This document shows, piece after piece, positions 27,188-37,083 of a stretch of 64,000 nucleotides of DNA. The stretch covers positions 757 through 64,756 of the forward strand of contig JAEUSD010000003.1 of the NCBI GenBank assembly GCA_016788825.1, written 5' to 3'. The stretch's first letter is position 1. Every line of letters starts with the position of its first letter. The stretch comes from Candidatus Doudnabacteria bacterium. Lineage in GTDB: Bacteria; Patescibacteriota; Dojkabacteria; J137; JAEUSD01. The notes beneath the pieces are model-generated. The model was not told the DNA's origin, searched no databases, and was given only the letters and a program-made list of their open reading frames with translations. Made by a program: the position numbers and the translations under genes.

Positions 27188-27709
27188 ATGGATAGGGCCA
27201 GCACAGATATATACTCGGAGAAGTTTATTCGGGCTATCACTGTGGGCTTCTCGCCTCAAGATGATCCACGGGAAATAATTGAAGACTTACGTCAGCTCTT
27301 CTTTGCAATTAACCACTATCGTGTTAGTTATAGTTTTTGGGAACTGAATCTTGACGAACAAGATTCAGCGAACTTGTTGAAGGCGCTAATTGAAGAAATC
27401 TTTCCAGACACTCGATCTCCAAGGTTATCTTCTCACTATCTAGAATACCTAGCAGTTAGTTTTGCTAAAGTATTTGGTCTTACACCCAGGGAAGCAGAAA
27501 TTATTGTTGAGATCTCCCGCCGAGTCAAGTGTAGGAAATCCATTAAGAACGCAGCAATGCAAACCCATTTCAGAATCACTGAATCTACGCTAAAGGACCA
27601 TTTAGGGAACATTTATAGGAAGCTTGAGGCGAGAGATCCAGCAGGACCTTCTTTTACGAAAACAGATCTAGCAACAATTGCACGACAATGGTTTATCGGA
27701 GAATCATAA
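27188..27709 (+). CDS. LuxR-type HTH transcriptional regulator
   Basis: 173 aa. The C-terminal GLTPREAEIIVEISRR...KSIKNAAMQTHFRITESTLKDHLGNIYRKL matches a LuxR/FixJ HTH. The N-terminal domain is uncharacterised. Confidence 0.55.
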   Translation: MDRASTDIYSEKFIRAITVGFSPQDDPREIIEDLRQLFFAINHYRVSYSFWELNLDEQDSANLLKALIEEIFPDTRSPRLSSHYLEYLAVSFAKVFGLTPREAEIIVEISRRVKCRKSIKNAAMQTHFRITESTLKDHLGNIYRKLEARDPAGPSFTKTDLATIARQWFIGES

Positions 27710-27727
27710 TATATCCTTTTATTACCT

Positions 27728-28612
27728 TCATCGGAAGCTGGCGACTAAATCCTTCACATCTGTCTTTCGCACTTCATCTACCAACGTAGTTTGGATGTCT
27801 TGTCTCTGAGGTAGCTGTGAGTAGTAGTCTAGTTTAGATTTATCGTGGTAAAGGATTCCTGTGGCGATCTTATTCTCCATATCTGTAGCTATCTCTCGTG
27901 CCCAGTCCCTGTTTGAATTATCGTAGTTAGGGATGGTGATTGTGTCGTAGATCCTTTCCATGTACCACTCGTGAGGAGTGGCTTTGTTGTAGGTCGGGCA
28001 GCTTTGGAGCACCTCGACGAATGCAAAGCCTTTGTGGTTTATGGCGGCTTCGAAGATGTGCGACATTTGGTGCACGTCGCCTGAGAATGTGCGGGCGACA
28101 AAGCTGCCCCCCAGCTCCATCACGAAGCGAGCTACATTCATTGAGTCAGTGATCACCCCCTCTGGGGAAGTGTTCATATGCTCGCCTTTTTTCGTCGTTT
28201 GTGAGGCCTGACCTGTGGTCAGGCCGTAGTTCCCGTTATTATGGAGGATAAACGTGATGTTGTAATTATTTCGTACACTGTGCACCAAATGATTAATTCC
28301 TTCGCTTAATGTGGCGCCGTCCCCTGCGGAAGCAACTACCTTGAGGTTGTGATTGGCCAGGGCGGCGCCGGCAGCAAACGGTAGCACACGGCCATGTAGG
28401 CCGTGGAAACGGTACCCCCCGATCTTGTCCGCACCATTCCCGTTACAGCCAATGTCAAACGCTAGCAACACCTTGTGTGGAGGAATCGATGTGGCAACTA
28501 AAGCACGTTTCAACGCTGCTGAGATTCCATAGTTGCCACAGTTTGTACACCAAGTATAAATATTCTCGGAGTAGTAATCATGATATTGTACTTCACAGTT
28601 ATCGCAAGACAT
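27728..28612 (-). CDS. 2-oxoacid:ferredoxin (flavodoxin) oxidoreductase beta subunit (TPP-binding)
   Basis: 294 aa with an N-terminal Cys cluster (CDNCE...WCTNCGNYG), a TPP-binding GDG motif (SAGDGATLSEGINHL) and a late Cys (LQSCPTY). Confidence 0.85.
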   Translation of the reverse strand: MSCDNCEVQYHDYYSENIYTWCTNCGNYGISAALKRALVATSIPPHKVLLAFDIGCNGNGADKIGGYRFHGLHGRVLPFAAGAALANHNLKVVASAGDGATLSEGINHLVHSVRNNYNITFILHNNGNYGLTTGQASQTTKKGEHMNTSPEGVITDSMNVARFVMELGGSFVARTFSGDVHQMSHIFEAAINHKGFAFVEVLQSCPTYNKATPHEWYMERIYDTITIPNYDNSNRDWAREIATDMENKIATGILYHDKSKLDYYSQLPQRQDIQTTLVDEVRKTDVKDLVASFR

Positions 28613-28613
28613 T

Positions 28614-30383
28614 CTACGAATTTGACATTAAAGATTTAATATTCTCTACCAGTTCTTCAAAAAAGAATGGACGTCCATTGTACTTCAAAATGCGGTTATG
28701 GAACTTTACACCTAGTTCATGTTCCAACAGATTTGCAAACTGCCCAGTTTGATTATTCTCAATTACGAATACATCGTCAGGCTTATTCATAAACCCCCTT
28801 AACAGTTCCAGGTTCACAGGGTAAACAAAGTCATAGTGAATGTAAGCAATCTCCGAACCCAATTCTGTAGCAAGCACGTCATTCATTGCCATTAAAGTAC
28901 TGCCCCAGCCGACACAAACCCGCTTGGCAGTCTCCAAATTGCCGAACACACGAGGCAGAGGCAGTTGACCTTTGAGAGTGGATAGCTTGCGCATGCGTTT
29001 GTTCATCATCTTCTCCGCCGCGGCGGCATCTTCTGTAAGATCTCCATCCTCGAGGTGCTCATCGCTGTTTCCTAGGTATGTTTTCTCCAGCACGCCTGGC
29101 AGCCAGCGGGGTGAAATTCCTGATGACGTGTCGGCGTATCTTTCAGTTGCTACCGATTCTTCTGTTGTTAAGTTCCTTTTTATATCAAGCGTCATTTCGG
29201 AGAAATCTCCCACATTAAAAAGTCCTTCAGCAATGTGCTTCTCGGAAAGCACAATTACAGGAATCTGGAATTCCTCAGAAATGTTTAAAGCATTCTGTAT
29301 CTGCGAGAAAGCCGAGTAGGCATCGCTTATTGCGATCACACACCTCGGAAATTCTCCGTGCCCGCCATACATTGCCAAGTTTAAATCACTGGCAGCTGTC
29401 CATGTGGGCATTCCGGTAGCGGGGCCGGGACGTTGCCCGAGTATGCAGACAAGTGGAGTTTCTGTGATTCCAGCTAGCGAAATAGTTTCTGTCATTAGGT
29501 CGAAGCCACCTCCTGAGGTGGCAACTACAGCCCTGGTTCCCATGAACATGCTACCGATTGCCATCTGTACAGCTGTGATTTCATCCTCGGCCTGTTTCAC
29601 TACGATTCCAGTCTTTTGACTAAGCGCAGCGGCATAAGTCAAAATCGAAGACGAGGGGGTCATAGGGTAACCGTAGAATATACGTGTGCCCGCAGCAATA
29701 GCGCCCAGGGTGAGGGCTTCGTTTCCTGTGACGAGGTACTGGGCGCTAGTGTTATTTTTGTCTAGCTGAGAAATGTCTACAGCGGGCAAAACGCTAGCTT
29801 CGAGGTCAAATCCTTTGCGGGCGCAGATGAGGTCTTTCTCAAGTAGATCGGGCTTACTGGCGAATTGAATTGAAATGATCTCTTCTAATTTCGCCAAATC
29901 TGCGCCCATCAGCTTCGTCACCACTCCCAACAGGATCATATTTCCCATCAGCTTGCTTCCACCAGATTCGATAGCAAGCTTTGTGCTGTCGACGTATTGA
30001 GTCTCAATGGCGTTTTCTGCAATATATTCTTGCTCTTCGGCAGAAAACGCCAACTTCGTAAGTGTGTGGATAAGCTTCCCATTCTTTTCAAGTGTCTGCA
30101 AATACTCATGCACTGCACTGCGACTTTGGCAAACTAGCAGTTGGCATTTCGCGGTTGTGCTGGAAATTGGGTGGTCGCTGATGTTCAACTGGTAGCTGGC
30201 AAAACCCCCTTTGATCAGAGAGGGGTACTCACGGTAGGCAAAAACGTATAAATTACTGTTCTTAATCAGCTTGCTCATGATTTCGCCCAAGGAATTCACC
30301 CCTTGTCCTGATTCTCCGGCAAATTTGATTGTGATTCGTTTACGATCAATCATTTTAGGTTCTGTATTATGCTTTCTAGCCAA
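28614..30383 (-). CDS. 2-oxoacid:ferredoxin oxidoreductase alpha subunit with fused N-terminal gamma domain
   Basis: 589 aa. It has a gamma-like N-terminus (ITIKFAGESGQGVNSLGEIMSKL) then an alpha domain (LVTGNEALTLGAIAAGTRIFYGYPMTPSS). There is 1 nt between this gene and the beta subunit, so they form an operon. Confidence 0.85.
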   Translation of the reverse strand: MARKHNTEPKMIDRKRITIKFAGESGQGVNSLGEIMSKLIKNSNLYVFAYREYPSLIKGGFASYQLNISDHPISSTTAKCQLLVCQSRSAVHEYLQTLEKNGKLIHTLTKLAFSAEEQEYIAENAIETQYVDSTKLAIESGGSKLMGNMILLGVVTKLMGADLAKLEEIISIQFASKPDLLEKDLICARKGFDLEASVLPAVDISQLDKNNTSAQYLVTGNEALTLGAIAAGTRIFYGYPMTPSSSILTYAAALSQKTGIVVKQAEDEITAVQMAIGSMFMGTRAVVATSGGGFDLMTETISLAGITETPLVCILGQRPGPATGMPTWTAASDLNLAMYGGHGEFPRCVIAISDAYSAFSQIQNALNISEEFQIPVIVLSEKHIAEGLFNVGDFSEMTLDIKRNLTTEESVATERYADTSSGISPRWLPGVLEKTYLGNSDEHLEDGDLTEDAAAAEKMMNKRMRKLSTLKGQLPLPRVFGNLETAKRVCVGWGSTLMAMNDVLATELGSEIAYIHYDFVYPVNLELLRGFMNKPDDVFVIENNQTGQFANLLEHELGVKFHNRILKYNGRPFFFEELVENIKSLMSNS

Positions 30384-30796
30384 GGCTTCACGGTTGAGTC
30401 TAATTGGGTGTGTGGCTCACCTTCGATCTTCAGTATTTCCCCTATCTGTGATCCCCCCTGGGCTGTAAACGCCTCTTGTAGTATCTCTATCCCGCGGCAA
30501 AAAAGCACGGGTTCATATCTTCTATCTCCGAGTCCGACAAATGCGGCTTTTTTGCCGCCCAGATCCTCCTGCTTCATTTCACTCAATAGCTTTGCAAAGA
30601 AAGGGTTCAACTCTCCGTGTTCCCAGGTGGATGTCGCCAAAATCATATTGTCCGCATTCTTGATGAGATCGATTGAAGTGACCTCTGCACGGTGAAGGGA
30701 GGTGTCTATCCCAGCGTCGCCAAGGCTCCGCTGAATATATTCGCAGACCAGTTCGACGTTTCCTGATGTTGAGGCGTAAATTATGGGCAGTGACAT
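30350..30796 (-). CDS. Flavodoxin
   Basis: 148 aa. IIYASTSGNVELVCEYI is the FMN phosphate-binding loop. Short-chain flavodoxin size. Overlaps the OFOR alpha gene by 34 nt, so it is in the same operon. Confidence 0.8.
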   Translation of the reverse strand: MSLPIIYASTSGNVELVCEYIQRSLGDAGIDTSLHRAEVTSIDLIKNADNMILATSTWEHGELNPFFAKLLSEMKQEDLGGKKAAFVGLGDRRYEPVLFCRGIEILQEAFTAQGGSQIGEILKIEGEPHTQLDSTVKPWLESIIQNLK

Positions 30797-30852
30797 AGTT
30801 CAAAATCTCCTGTTTAAATTTACAGTAAAATTGGCCTGTGCACCACATTTAT

Positions 30853-30880
30853 TTGGGTTTGGTGTGTCATCTGGTAGAAT
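30853..30880 (+). promoter_or_regulatory. Putative sigma70-type promoter with extended -10 for the cytochrome b5-like gene
   Basis: TTGGGT (-35), 16-nt spacer ending in TGg, TAGAAT (-10, 30875-30880). The ATG is at 30902. Confidence 0.35.
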
Positions 30881-30901
30881 GTGAAGTTTAAATTTCAACC
30901 T

Positions 30902-31264
30902 ATGAAAAAACTTATCTTTATTGCACTAGTTTCGCTTGTCTTAGTTGGTTGTACGCCCGCCAGCTCAGGATCAACCGCGAGTAGTACATCCTCTACTACA
31001 ACCTCAAGCACTGGCACAAAGACGTTTACGTTAAAGGATATAGCAAAGAGTAACTCGCGCAGCGACTGCAAACTGGCTGTAAATGGCAAGGTTTATGATG
31101 TAACTTCGTTTATTAACTCTCACCCTGGCGGTACCGAAATTCTTCAGGGCTGCGGTAAGGACGCTACCGCGTTGTTCACTGGAAGTGACCCCGATGGGCG
31201 CGACCACTCCGCCACTGCCGAAGCCCAATTGGCAAGGTTTTATGTGGGGGATTTGGTTGAATAG
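30902..31264 (+). CDS. Cytochrome b5-like heme-binding domain lipoprotein
   Basis: The ORF track start at 30881 is a GTG. The in-frame ATG at 30902 gives MKKLIFIALVSLVLVGC, a lipobox (LVGC). This is followed by an S/T-rich linker and a cytochrome b5 fold with HPGG (KVYDVTSFINSHPGGTEIL). Confidence 0.7.
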   Translation: MKKLIFIALVSLVLVGCTPASSGSTASSTSSTTTSSTGTKTFTLKDIAKSNSRSDCKLAVNGKVYDVTSFINSHPGGTEILQGCGKDATALFTGSDPDGRDHSATAEAQLARFYVGDLVE

Positions 31265-31438
31265 ACCTCCGCAGGTAAAGCCCTTACTGGGTAAGGCTTC
31301 TAACTATTTACACTACACTGTTGTATCTGGTATACTCCTTGAAAGGATTTAACCTATAATATATTTATTGATATATAGTGAAAATGGAAACGGATTCTGT
31401 GGCTGGTTTAGAATGTAAACTTGTTAGGATAGAAAAAT

Positions 31439-32947
31439 ATGAACTTGATATTGAATGCAATACTTATTGTAGGTGGGATAGCTCTGCTTTTGCTAAACCC
31501 TTCAATCTTAATCCTGGTACTACTAGGTAACTTGGCCGTAAGCTTGTTTGTGTTGGTTGTGCAATTTATATCTTCTCTTCTCCCAAATAAATACAAAGAA
31601 CGCAAGCGAGTTAGTTTGAAGAACGCCAAATTTGTTTCTATTCACGTCCCTACTTATAACGAACCCCCATATATAGTTAAGAATACCTTGAAGGCATTAT
31701 CTAAGCTTGATTATGAGAATTACGAAGTACTAGTTATTGATAACAATACAAAAGATAAAGCTATTTGGCAGCCTGTGAAGGAGTATTGCGAAACATTAGG
31801 GCCAAAGTTTCGCTTTATTCATGTAGACCCACTCAAGGGTTTCAAGGCAGGCGCGTTGAATTACTTAATGAAAAGGGTTAACCCGCAGACAGAATTCGTA
31901 GCTGTAATTGATGCTGACTATATAGTAAAGCCAGACTTTATCAAAAAAGCATTACAATACTTCGTTGACGATAAGATTGGTTTTGTACAATTCCCACAAG
32001 CTTTCTATAATATTGGTCGCGGAAACCTGGGGGTGACTCTAGAGTACAAGCACTTCTTCATCACATATATGAACATGTCCAATTATATGGGGTCTTTACT
32101 GACGACAGGTACCCTCACGGTGTTCAGATATGACGCAATACAAGATGCTGGGAAATTTAACACTCATGCTTTAACCGAGGATGCTGAAATAGGCTTGAAA
32201 CTAAATCTAGCCGGATATCAAGGGGTATACGTAAACGATGTTGTTGGAGAGGGGTTGATGCCTTACGATCTAGATTCATATGAGAAACAAAAACGGCGCT
32301 GGTCAATGGGTAATGCCCAGATCATAAAGGATAACCTGTTCAAGATTCTCCGCACCCCAATCTTTAATTGGAAAGAGAAGATTGCAATTTTTGCGCAACT
32401 TACAGCCTGGCTAAACTTCTGTTTATTGCCAATCTTCGCGATATTCACAGTTGGAATTATGGGTTTATTCACGAATATTTCAAGAATGAGCTACGACATT
32501 ATTCTAATAGTTTCCTTAACTACGCTGTTCACTTACGTTCTGTTTAAACTTATATCGTTTGTGCTTATATTTAGGAAAGAGAATATTGGGCTTATCTCCA
32601 CTCTAAGGGCATGGCTTGTACATATTGGAATGCAAGAAGTTTATTCTTATGCCTTGTTCTTAGTCTTATTGTCACCGAATAGTGAATTCATCAGGACGAA
32701 TAAGTTCTTGAATATGAACTCTAGGAGCTTCCCTAGTGGAGTTGTGAATGAGATTATTCTAGTGACCTTGTCTGTTGTCCTAGCTGTACACTTCTATCTG
32801 GTGTCAGATGTGATTGGGTTTATGGCTGTGACTCTTGCCGGAATTTTGTTCAGCTTAATATTTTATGTAGCTTTCGAATTCAAGTATACTAAGAAGTACT
32901 CGAAGTATGCTTTCGAGAGATTAAATATTAAAGCTGATAAATTATGA
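31439..32947 (+). CDS. Processive family-2 glycosyltransferase / membrane polysaccharide synthase (cellulose-synthase-like)
   Basis: 502 aa with N-terminal TM helices and GT2 motifs DxD (VIDADYIV), TED (LTEDAEIG) and QxxRW (QKRRWSMG). There are 4 or more C-terminal TM helices. Confidence 0.8.
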   Translation: MNLILNAILIVGGIALLLLNPSILILVLLGNLAVSLFVLVVQFISSLLPNKYKERKRVSLKNAKFVSIHVPTYNEPPYIVKNTLKALSKLDYENYEVLVIDNNTKDKAIWQPVKEYCETLGPKFRFIHVDPLKGFKAGALNYLMKRVNPQTEFVAVIDADYIVKPDFIKKALQYFVDDKIGFVQFPQAFYNIGRGNLGVTLEYKHFFITYMNMSNYMGSLLTTGTLTVFRYDAIQDAGKFNTHALTEDAEIGLKLNLAGYQGVYVNDVVGEGLMPYDLDSYEKQKRRWSMGNAQIIKDNLFKILRTPIFNWKEKIAIFAQLTAWLNFCLLPIFAIFTVGIMGLFTNISRMSYDIILIVSLTTLFTYVLFKLISFVLIFRKENIGLISTLRAWLVHIGMQEVYSYALFLVLLSPNSEFIRTNKFLNMNSRSFPSGVVNEIILVTLSVVLAVHFYLVSDVIGFMAVTLAGILFSLIFYVAFEFKYTKKYSKYAFERLNIKADKL

Positions 32948-33981
32948 GAATTGCGCATCTTGCCCCACTATGGCTTACTGTTCCTCCGAGAGATTACGGC
33001 GGTTTGGAAACAATCTTAGCTTATTTAATAGATGCCCAAGTAAAGCAAGGGCACGAAGTGACACTATTTGCATGTGCGGGTTCTAAGACGACTGGACGCG
33101 TGATTGAGGTTATAGAAAAACCTATGTATGAATTGCTAGGGAAATTTGACTGGAGTGCGGTATATGCGTATGAGTTTCTTGCATACTATGAATTATTCAA
33201 AAGGATAGAAGAGTTCGACATCGTGCACAATCATTTAGGATTCCATTTTTTAGCAACTGAACCCATTATCCCAATTCCTGTTGTAACAACTAATCACAGT
33301 AGTGTTGAACCAGATTTTCCATACTTGTCTCAAAAGTTCAAGGACCTAAATTATGTATCTATAAGTAATGCACAAAGAAGCAACGCACCTTACTTAAATT
33401 ATGTGGGTAATGTCTACAATGCTGTAGAACCCGAAAAGTTTAATCCGAACTTTGAAACAAACCAAGAATATTTCTTTCACATAGGTACTATGTCGAAAAA
33501 TAAAGGTGTAGATATCGCTGTGAAAGCGGCCCATGAATTAGGTGAAAGACTTATACTTGCTGGTGAGGTAAGGCCGGAGGATCAAGAGTTCTGGGACACA
33601 GAGGTTTTGCCATTAGTAGATGGACAGAAGATAAGGTTCATAGGCAAGGTAAACCACGAACAAAAAGTTGATTTGTTTAGGAACTCAAAGGCATTGCTAT
33701 TCCCGTCCCAGTGGAATGAGGCTTTTGGGATGGTCGCAATAGAATCTTTAGCTTCTGGAGCTCCTGTCATTGGGTGGAATAGTGGTGCTATTCCCGAAAT
33801 CGTGAAAGATGGTGAAAATGGTTTCGTAGTAGATAATATTGAGGACTTTAAGAAAGCCATGCAGAATATTTCACAGATTGATAGGAGAAAATGTGTAGAG
33901 GGTGTTCACGAACGCTTTACTGCGGATGCAATGGCTAAGAAGTATGTAGAAATTTATCAAAGTTTAATCTCGCAGAAATAA
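32944..33981 (+). CDS. GT4-family glycosyltransferase
   Basis: 345 aa. MRIAHLAPLW...PPRDYGGLE is a GT-B N-terminus. EAFGMVAIESLASGAPVI is the E-X7-E motif. Confidence 0.8.
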   Translation: MRIAHLAPLWLTVPPRDYGGLETILAYLIDAQVKQGHEVTLFACAGSKTTGRVIEVIEKPMYELLGKFDWSAVYAYEFLAYYELFKRIEEFDIVHNHLGFHFLATEPIIPIPVVTTNHSSVEPDFPYLSQKFKDLNYVSISNAQRSNAPYLNYVGNVYNAVEPEKFNPNFETNQEYFFHIGTMSKNKGVDIAVKAAHELGERLILAGEVRPEDQEFWDTEVLPLVDGQKIRFIGKVNHEQKVDLFRNSKALLFPSQWNEAFGMVAIESLASGAPVIGWNSGAIPEIVKDGENGFVVDNIEDFKKAMQNISQIDRRKCVEGVHERFTADAMAKKYVEIYQSLISQK

Positions 33982-33982
33982 T

Positions 33983-35194
33983 ATGAATATTCTTGTTGTA
34001 GCACCACCGATTTATCCAGTACCTCCTTACAAGGGTTATGGAGGTAGCGAGAGAGGCATTTATGAACTATGTATGGGGATGTGTGATCTGGGGCATAAAA
34101 TTTACCTTGCAGCCGCAGGTTCTTCCACGATTTCTCATCCTAGTCTAACCTTAATTGGGTTCAAATCTGAAACCCCTTGGGAGAAAACAGTTGAAAATAA
34201 AGAGTTTGTAGATAAGCGAGATATGGACAAAACTGAGCTTGATAGAAATTCGGAATTACATGCCAAAGTCATGCAAGAGTACGATGCTTTTTTAATGACT
34301 AGGATAAAAGAACTTATCTCGGAAGGCGCCGTAAATGTGATCAACTTTCGCCACCAGTCTCAAGCAATTCTTGATTTTATTACTGAATCTCCGGTACCCT
34401 TGGTATTCAGCATGCATGCTGCAGCCTTTGAGTTAGATAAAAGATTATATAACTCAAAATGTACAGTCACAGTTCATACTCAAAGCATGAAGGATCTGTT
34501 GCCACCTGAAGCCAATGTGGTAGTGGTGCCATATGGTGTAACTTCCGACGGCGTTCCATTCTCTGAATACACATTGTCGCAGCTAGAATCAGGTGAACGA
34601 TTATCACTGGAAGTGCAAAAACAAATATATGCAAAAGGGCAGGATTACGCATTATCTTTAGGAACGATAGGGAAGCATAAGGGGGTAAGGACAGCGATAG
34701 AGATTGCCAAGGGGAATAATACACCTATTGTAGTCGCAGGAACACCAACACCAAGGTTTGCTGGAGATTATGAGAATTCTGTAGGTTACTTTAAGAGAGA
34801 GATAGAACCCCAAATTGACAATGATAGCGTTTACTACTTTGGAAATGCGGACGAAAAGACAAAGTATGAGCTTATGAAATATGCAAAGTATTTTATCTTT
34901 CCGGCCGGGTATGAAGATAAACGCTGGAAGGACACTTTTGGTAGGGTTATAGCTGAAAGTTTACTCACAGGTACCCCAGTGCTTGTATATGCAGATAGTG
35001 GTGGTTCTGTAGAGCAAGTAGAGCATGGTAGAAATGGTTTTATATTTAATACGGTCGATGAGGCCATTGCATACGCAAACGATATCTCAAGGATAGATAG
35101 AGAATACTGTAGAGAATATGCAATGGAGAATCTGAGCAGTAAAAGGTTTGTAGAAGCATCGGAAAAATTATTCAGTAGCCTAATAGCTAACTGA
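33983..35194 (+). CDS. GT4-family glycosyltransferase
   Basis: 403 aa with the GT-B N-terminus PPYKGYGGSE and C-terminal FGRVIAESLLTGTPVLV. Confidence 0.7.
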   Translation: MNILVVAPPIYPVPPYKGYGGSERGIYELCMGMCDLGHKIYLAAAGSSTISHPSLTLIGFKSETPWEKTVENKEFVDKRDMDKTELDRNSELHAKVMQEYDAFLMTRIKELISEGAVNVINFRHQSQAILDFITESPVPLVFSMHAAAFELDKRLYNSKCTVTVHTQSMKDLLPPEANVVVVPYGVTSDGVPFSEYTLSQLESGERLSLEVQKQIYAKGQDYALSLGTIGKHKGVRTAIEIAKGNNTPIVVAGTPTPRFAGDYENSVGYFKREIEPQIDNDSVYYFGNADEKTKYELMKYAKYFIFPAGYEDKRWKDTFGRVIAESLLTGTPVLVYADSGGSVEQVEHGRNGFIFNTVDEAIAYANDISRIDREYCREYAMENLSSKRFVEASEKLFSSLIAN

Positions 35195-35218
35195 AGTTTA
35201 TATTACTATACACAGTCA

Positions 35219-36217
35219 ATGAAAATTGCTCATGTTGTTCCAGTTTTAGCACCTATCCCCCCACTAAAGTATGGGGGAATTGAAAGAATTGCTGCCCAAT
35301 TAGCCGAGTACCAAGCTAGTAATGGTGATGAAGTAACAGTGTTCTGCGCCGGGCAATCTACACTAAAAGGAAATGGGATAAAAATGGTAGAAATCTCGCC
35401 ATTTCCTACACTGCAAAACCCAAGTGAACACACTAAATATGAGATTGACGAATTCCTATCTGTTATTTCTCGTCAAGGGGAGTTTGACCTAATACACTTC
35501 CATTTCGAGCCAATAATTGCAAACTTCAAAATCCAAGGTTTGGAGTTTAATCTACTTAAGTATCTGCGTACACCATTCATCTGTACATTTCATAACATGA
35601 CGAGTGTTGAGGCCCATCAACAGTATTATAAAGCCAATAAAGATATTCATTCTGTTTTCTGCAATTTTGTAAGTGAAAGTCAAAGGAAGCCCCTTAAGGA
35701 TTATTTCTTCAACAGTGAAGTCATCTATAATTCAGTTCCGGTTGAAAAGTTTAGGTTTAATGATGAGCCGGAAGATTATTTCGCATTTCTAGGTAGAATA
35801 ATTCCTGAAAAAGGAATATTTGAAGCAATTGAGATTGCAAAGAGATCAAATACGCGACTGTTAATTGCAGCCAAGACAGACAAAGAAGATCTAGAATTCC
35901 TAAAGAATGAACTTGGTGACCTAGTTGATGGGAAACAAGTAAAGTTTATCGGAGAAGTTGGGCATGATGAGAAGGTTGAACTACTGAGTAATGCGAAAGC
36001 ACTACTCTTTCCAATTAAATTGGCAGAATCTTTCGGGCTTGTCATGGCTGAATCCTTGGCTTGCGGTACGCCGGTAGTTGCTTTTAATAGGGCATCTGTG
36101 CCTGAAGTAATAGAGAATGGGGTAACAGGTATAATTGGTGAGTCTGTCGAAGATATTGTAGGCAAGCTTCCTTTACTAGAGAAAATCGAAAGGAGTAAAT
36201 GCCGTGAAAGTGTATAG
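35219..36217 (+). CDS. GT4-family glycosyltransferase
   Basis: 332 aa. MKIAHVVPVLAPIPPLKYGGIE and ESFGLVMAESLACGTPVVAF. Paralogous to the two preceding genes. Confidence 0.75.
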   Translation: MKIAHVVPVLAPIPPLKYGGIERIAAQLAEYQASNGDEVTVFCAGQSTLKGNGIKMVEISPFPTLQNPSEHTKYEIDEFLSVISRQGEFDLIHFHFEPIIANFKIQGLEFNLLKYLRTPFICTFHNMTSVEAHQQYYKANKDIHSVFCNFVSESQRKPLKDYFFNSEVIYNSVPVEKFRFNDEPEDYFAFLGRIIPEKGIFEAIEIAKRSNTRLLIAAKTDKEDLEFLKNELGDLVDGKQVKFIGEVGHDEKVELLSNAKALLFPIKLAESFGLVMAESLACGTPVVAFNRASVPEVIENGVTGIIGESVEDIVGKLPLLEKIERSKCRESV

Positions 36218-36312
36218 AAAAAGTTCTCAAATGATGTGATGTGTAGAAATTATTCTGATTTCTATCGGAAAGTTTTAAGGGAGTTTAAGCCATTACAAAA
36301 AAAATTGTAGTT

Positions 36313-37083
36313 ATGTCGAGACGTGACTACATTACAAAACATATCTACACGGATTTTGGTAGCATTGCATATCATTTCAAAGGACCTAAAATGGCGGATA
36401 CAGCAATAATATTCTTACACGGCCATTTTGATAGCGCTTTGGAGAATAGAAGCTATCATCTTTTTGATCAGAATGACGAGGTATTGAAGATTTTCCTTGA
36501 TCATAGATGGCATGGTTCTTCGACTAGGACTAAGTTCTATCCGTCACTATCAGAAAGAGCTGAAGACATAGACATACTGATCGAAAGTATTCTAATAAGT
36601 TTCCCTAGCATTGCTAACCTCCATATAGCGGGATACTCACAAGGCGGGGCGGTTCTACTATATTACATAACTGGAGACCAAAGCCAGAAGTCAAAGTTAA
36701 ACTCTGTATTTATTATTGCCCCCAGAATCAGGCTTCGGGACTATCTTAAGTGGTTCTCAAAAGATATAGATGAAATGGAACGGTTGGGAAAAAAGGATTT
36801 TACAAAAAAGTATAGGTCAAAAGGTCTGGTTAAATATAACGGGAAATATCTAAAAGAATTTTCGGAAATCAATCTTTATGATCTGGTGAGTAAACTCAAA
36901 GTACCAAGTGTGTTGATTAGAGGCACGGAAGATGATTTAATTACAAAAGAAGAAGCTACCCGATTAATAAATTTGAGTAATAACAGTATGGCCTATCATG
37001 AAATTTCTGATTTAGGACATAATCCAGATCCTAAACATTGGAACAAAATTTACAAATATATTAAGAGATCTATCGATGCCTAA
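36313..37083 (+). CDS. Alpha/beta hydrolase fold protein (esterase/lipase-like)
   Basis: 256 aa with nucleophile elbow GYSQGG and a late His (LGHNPDP). Confidence 0.65.
   Translation: MSRRDYITKHIYTDFGSIAYHFKGPKMADTAIIFLHGHFDSALENRSYHLFDQNDEVLKIFLDHRWHGSSTRTKFYPSLSERAEDIDILIESILISFPSIANLHIAGYSQGGAVLLYYITGDQSQKSKLNSVFIIAPRIRLRDYLKWFSKDIDEMERLGKKDFTKKYRSKGLVKYNGKYLKEFSEINLYDLVSKLKVPSVLIRGTEDDLITKEEATRLINLSNNSMAYHEISDLGHNPDPKHWNKIYKYIKRSIDA

Noticed and set aside
31265-31310. Possible terminator hairpin after the cytochrome b5 gene (ccttac-tgg-gtaagg)
   Set aside because: The stem is only 6 bp with flanking mismatches and has no U-tract. That is not convincing enough to call.
31355-31360. Perfect TATAAT hexamer upstream of the GT2 synthase gene
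   Set aside because: No acceptable -35 element sits at 16-18 nt spacing. TTGAAA is only 10 nt away and TTGTAT is 28 nt away. I left it as an uncalled possible -10.
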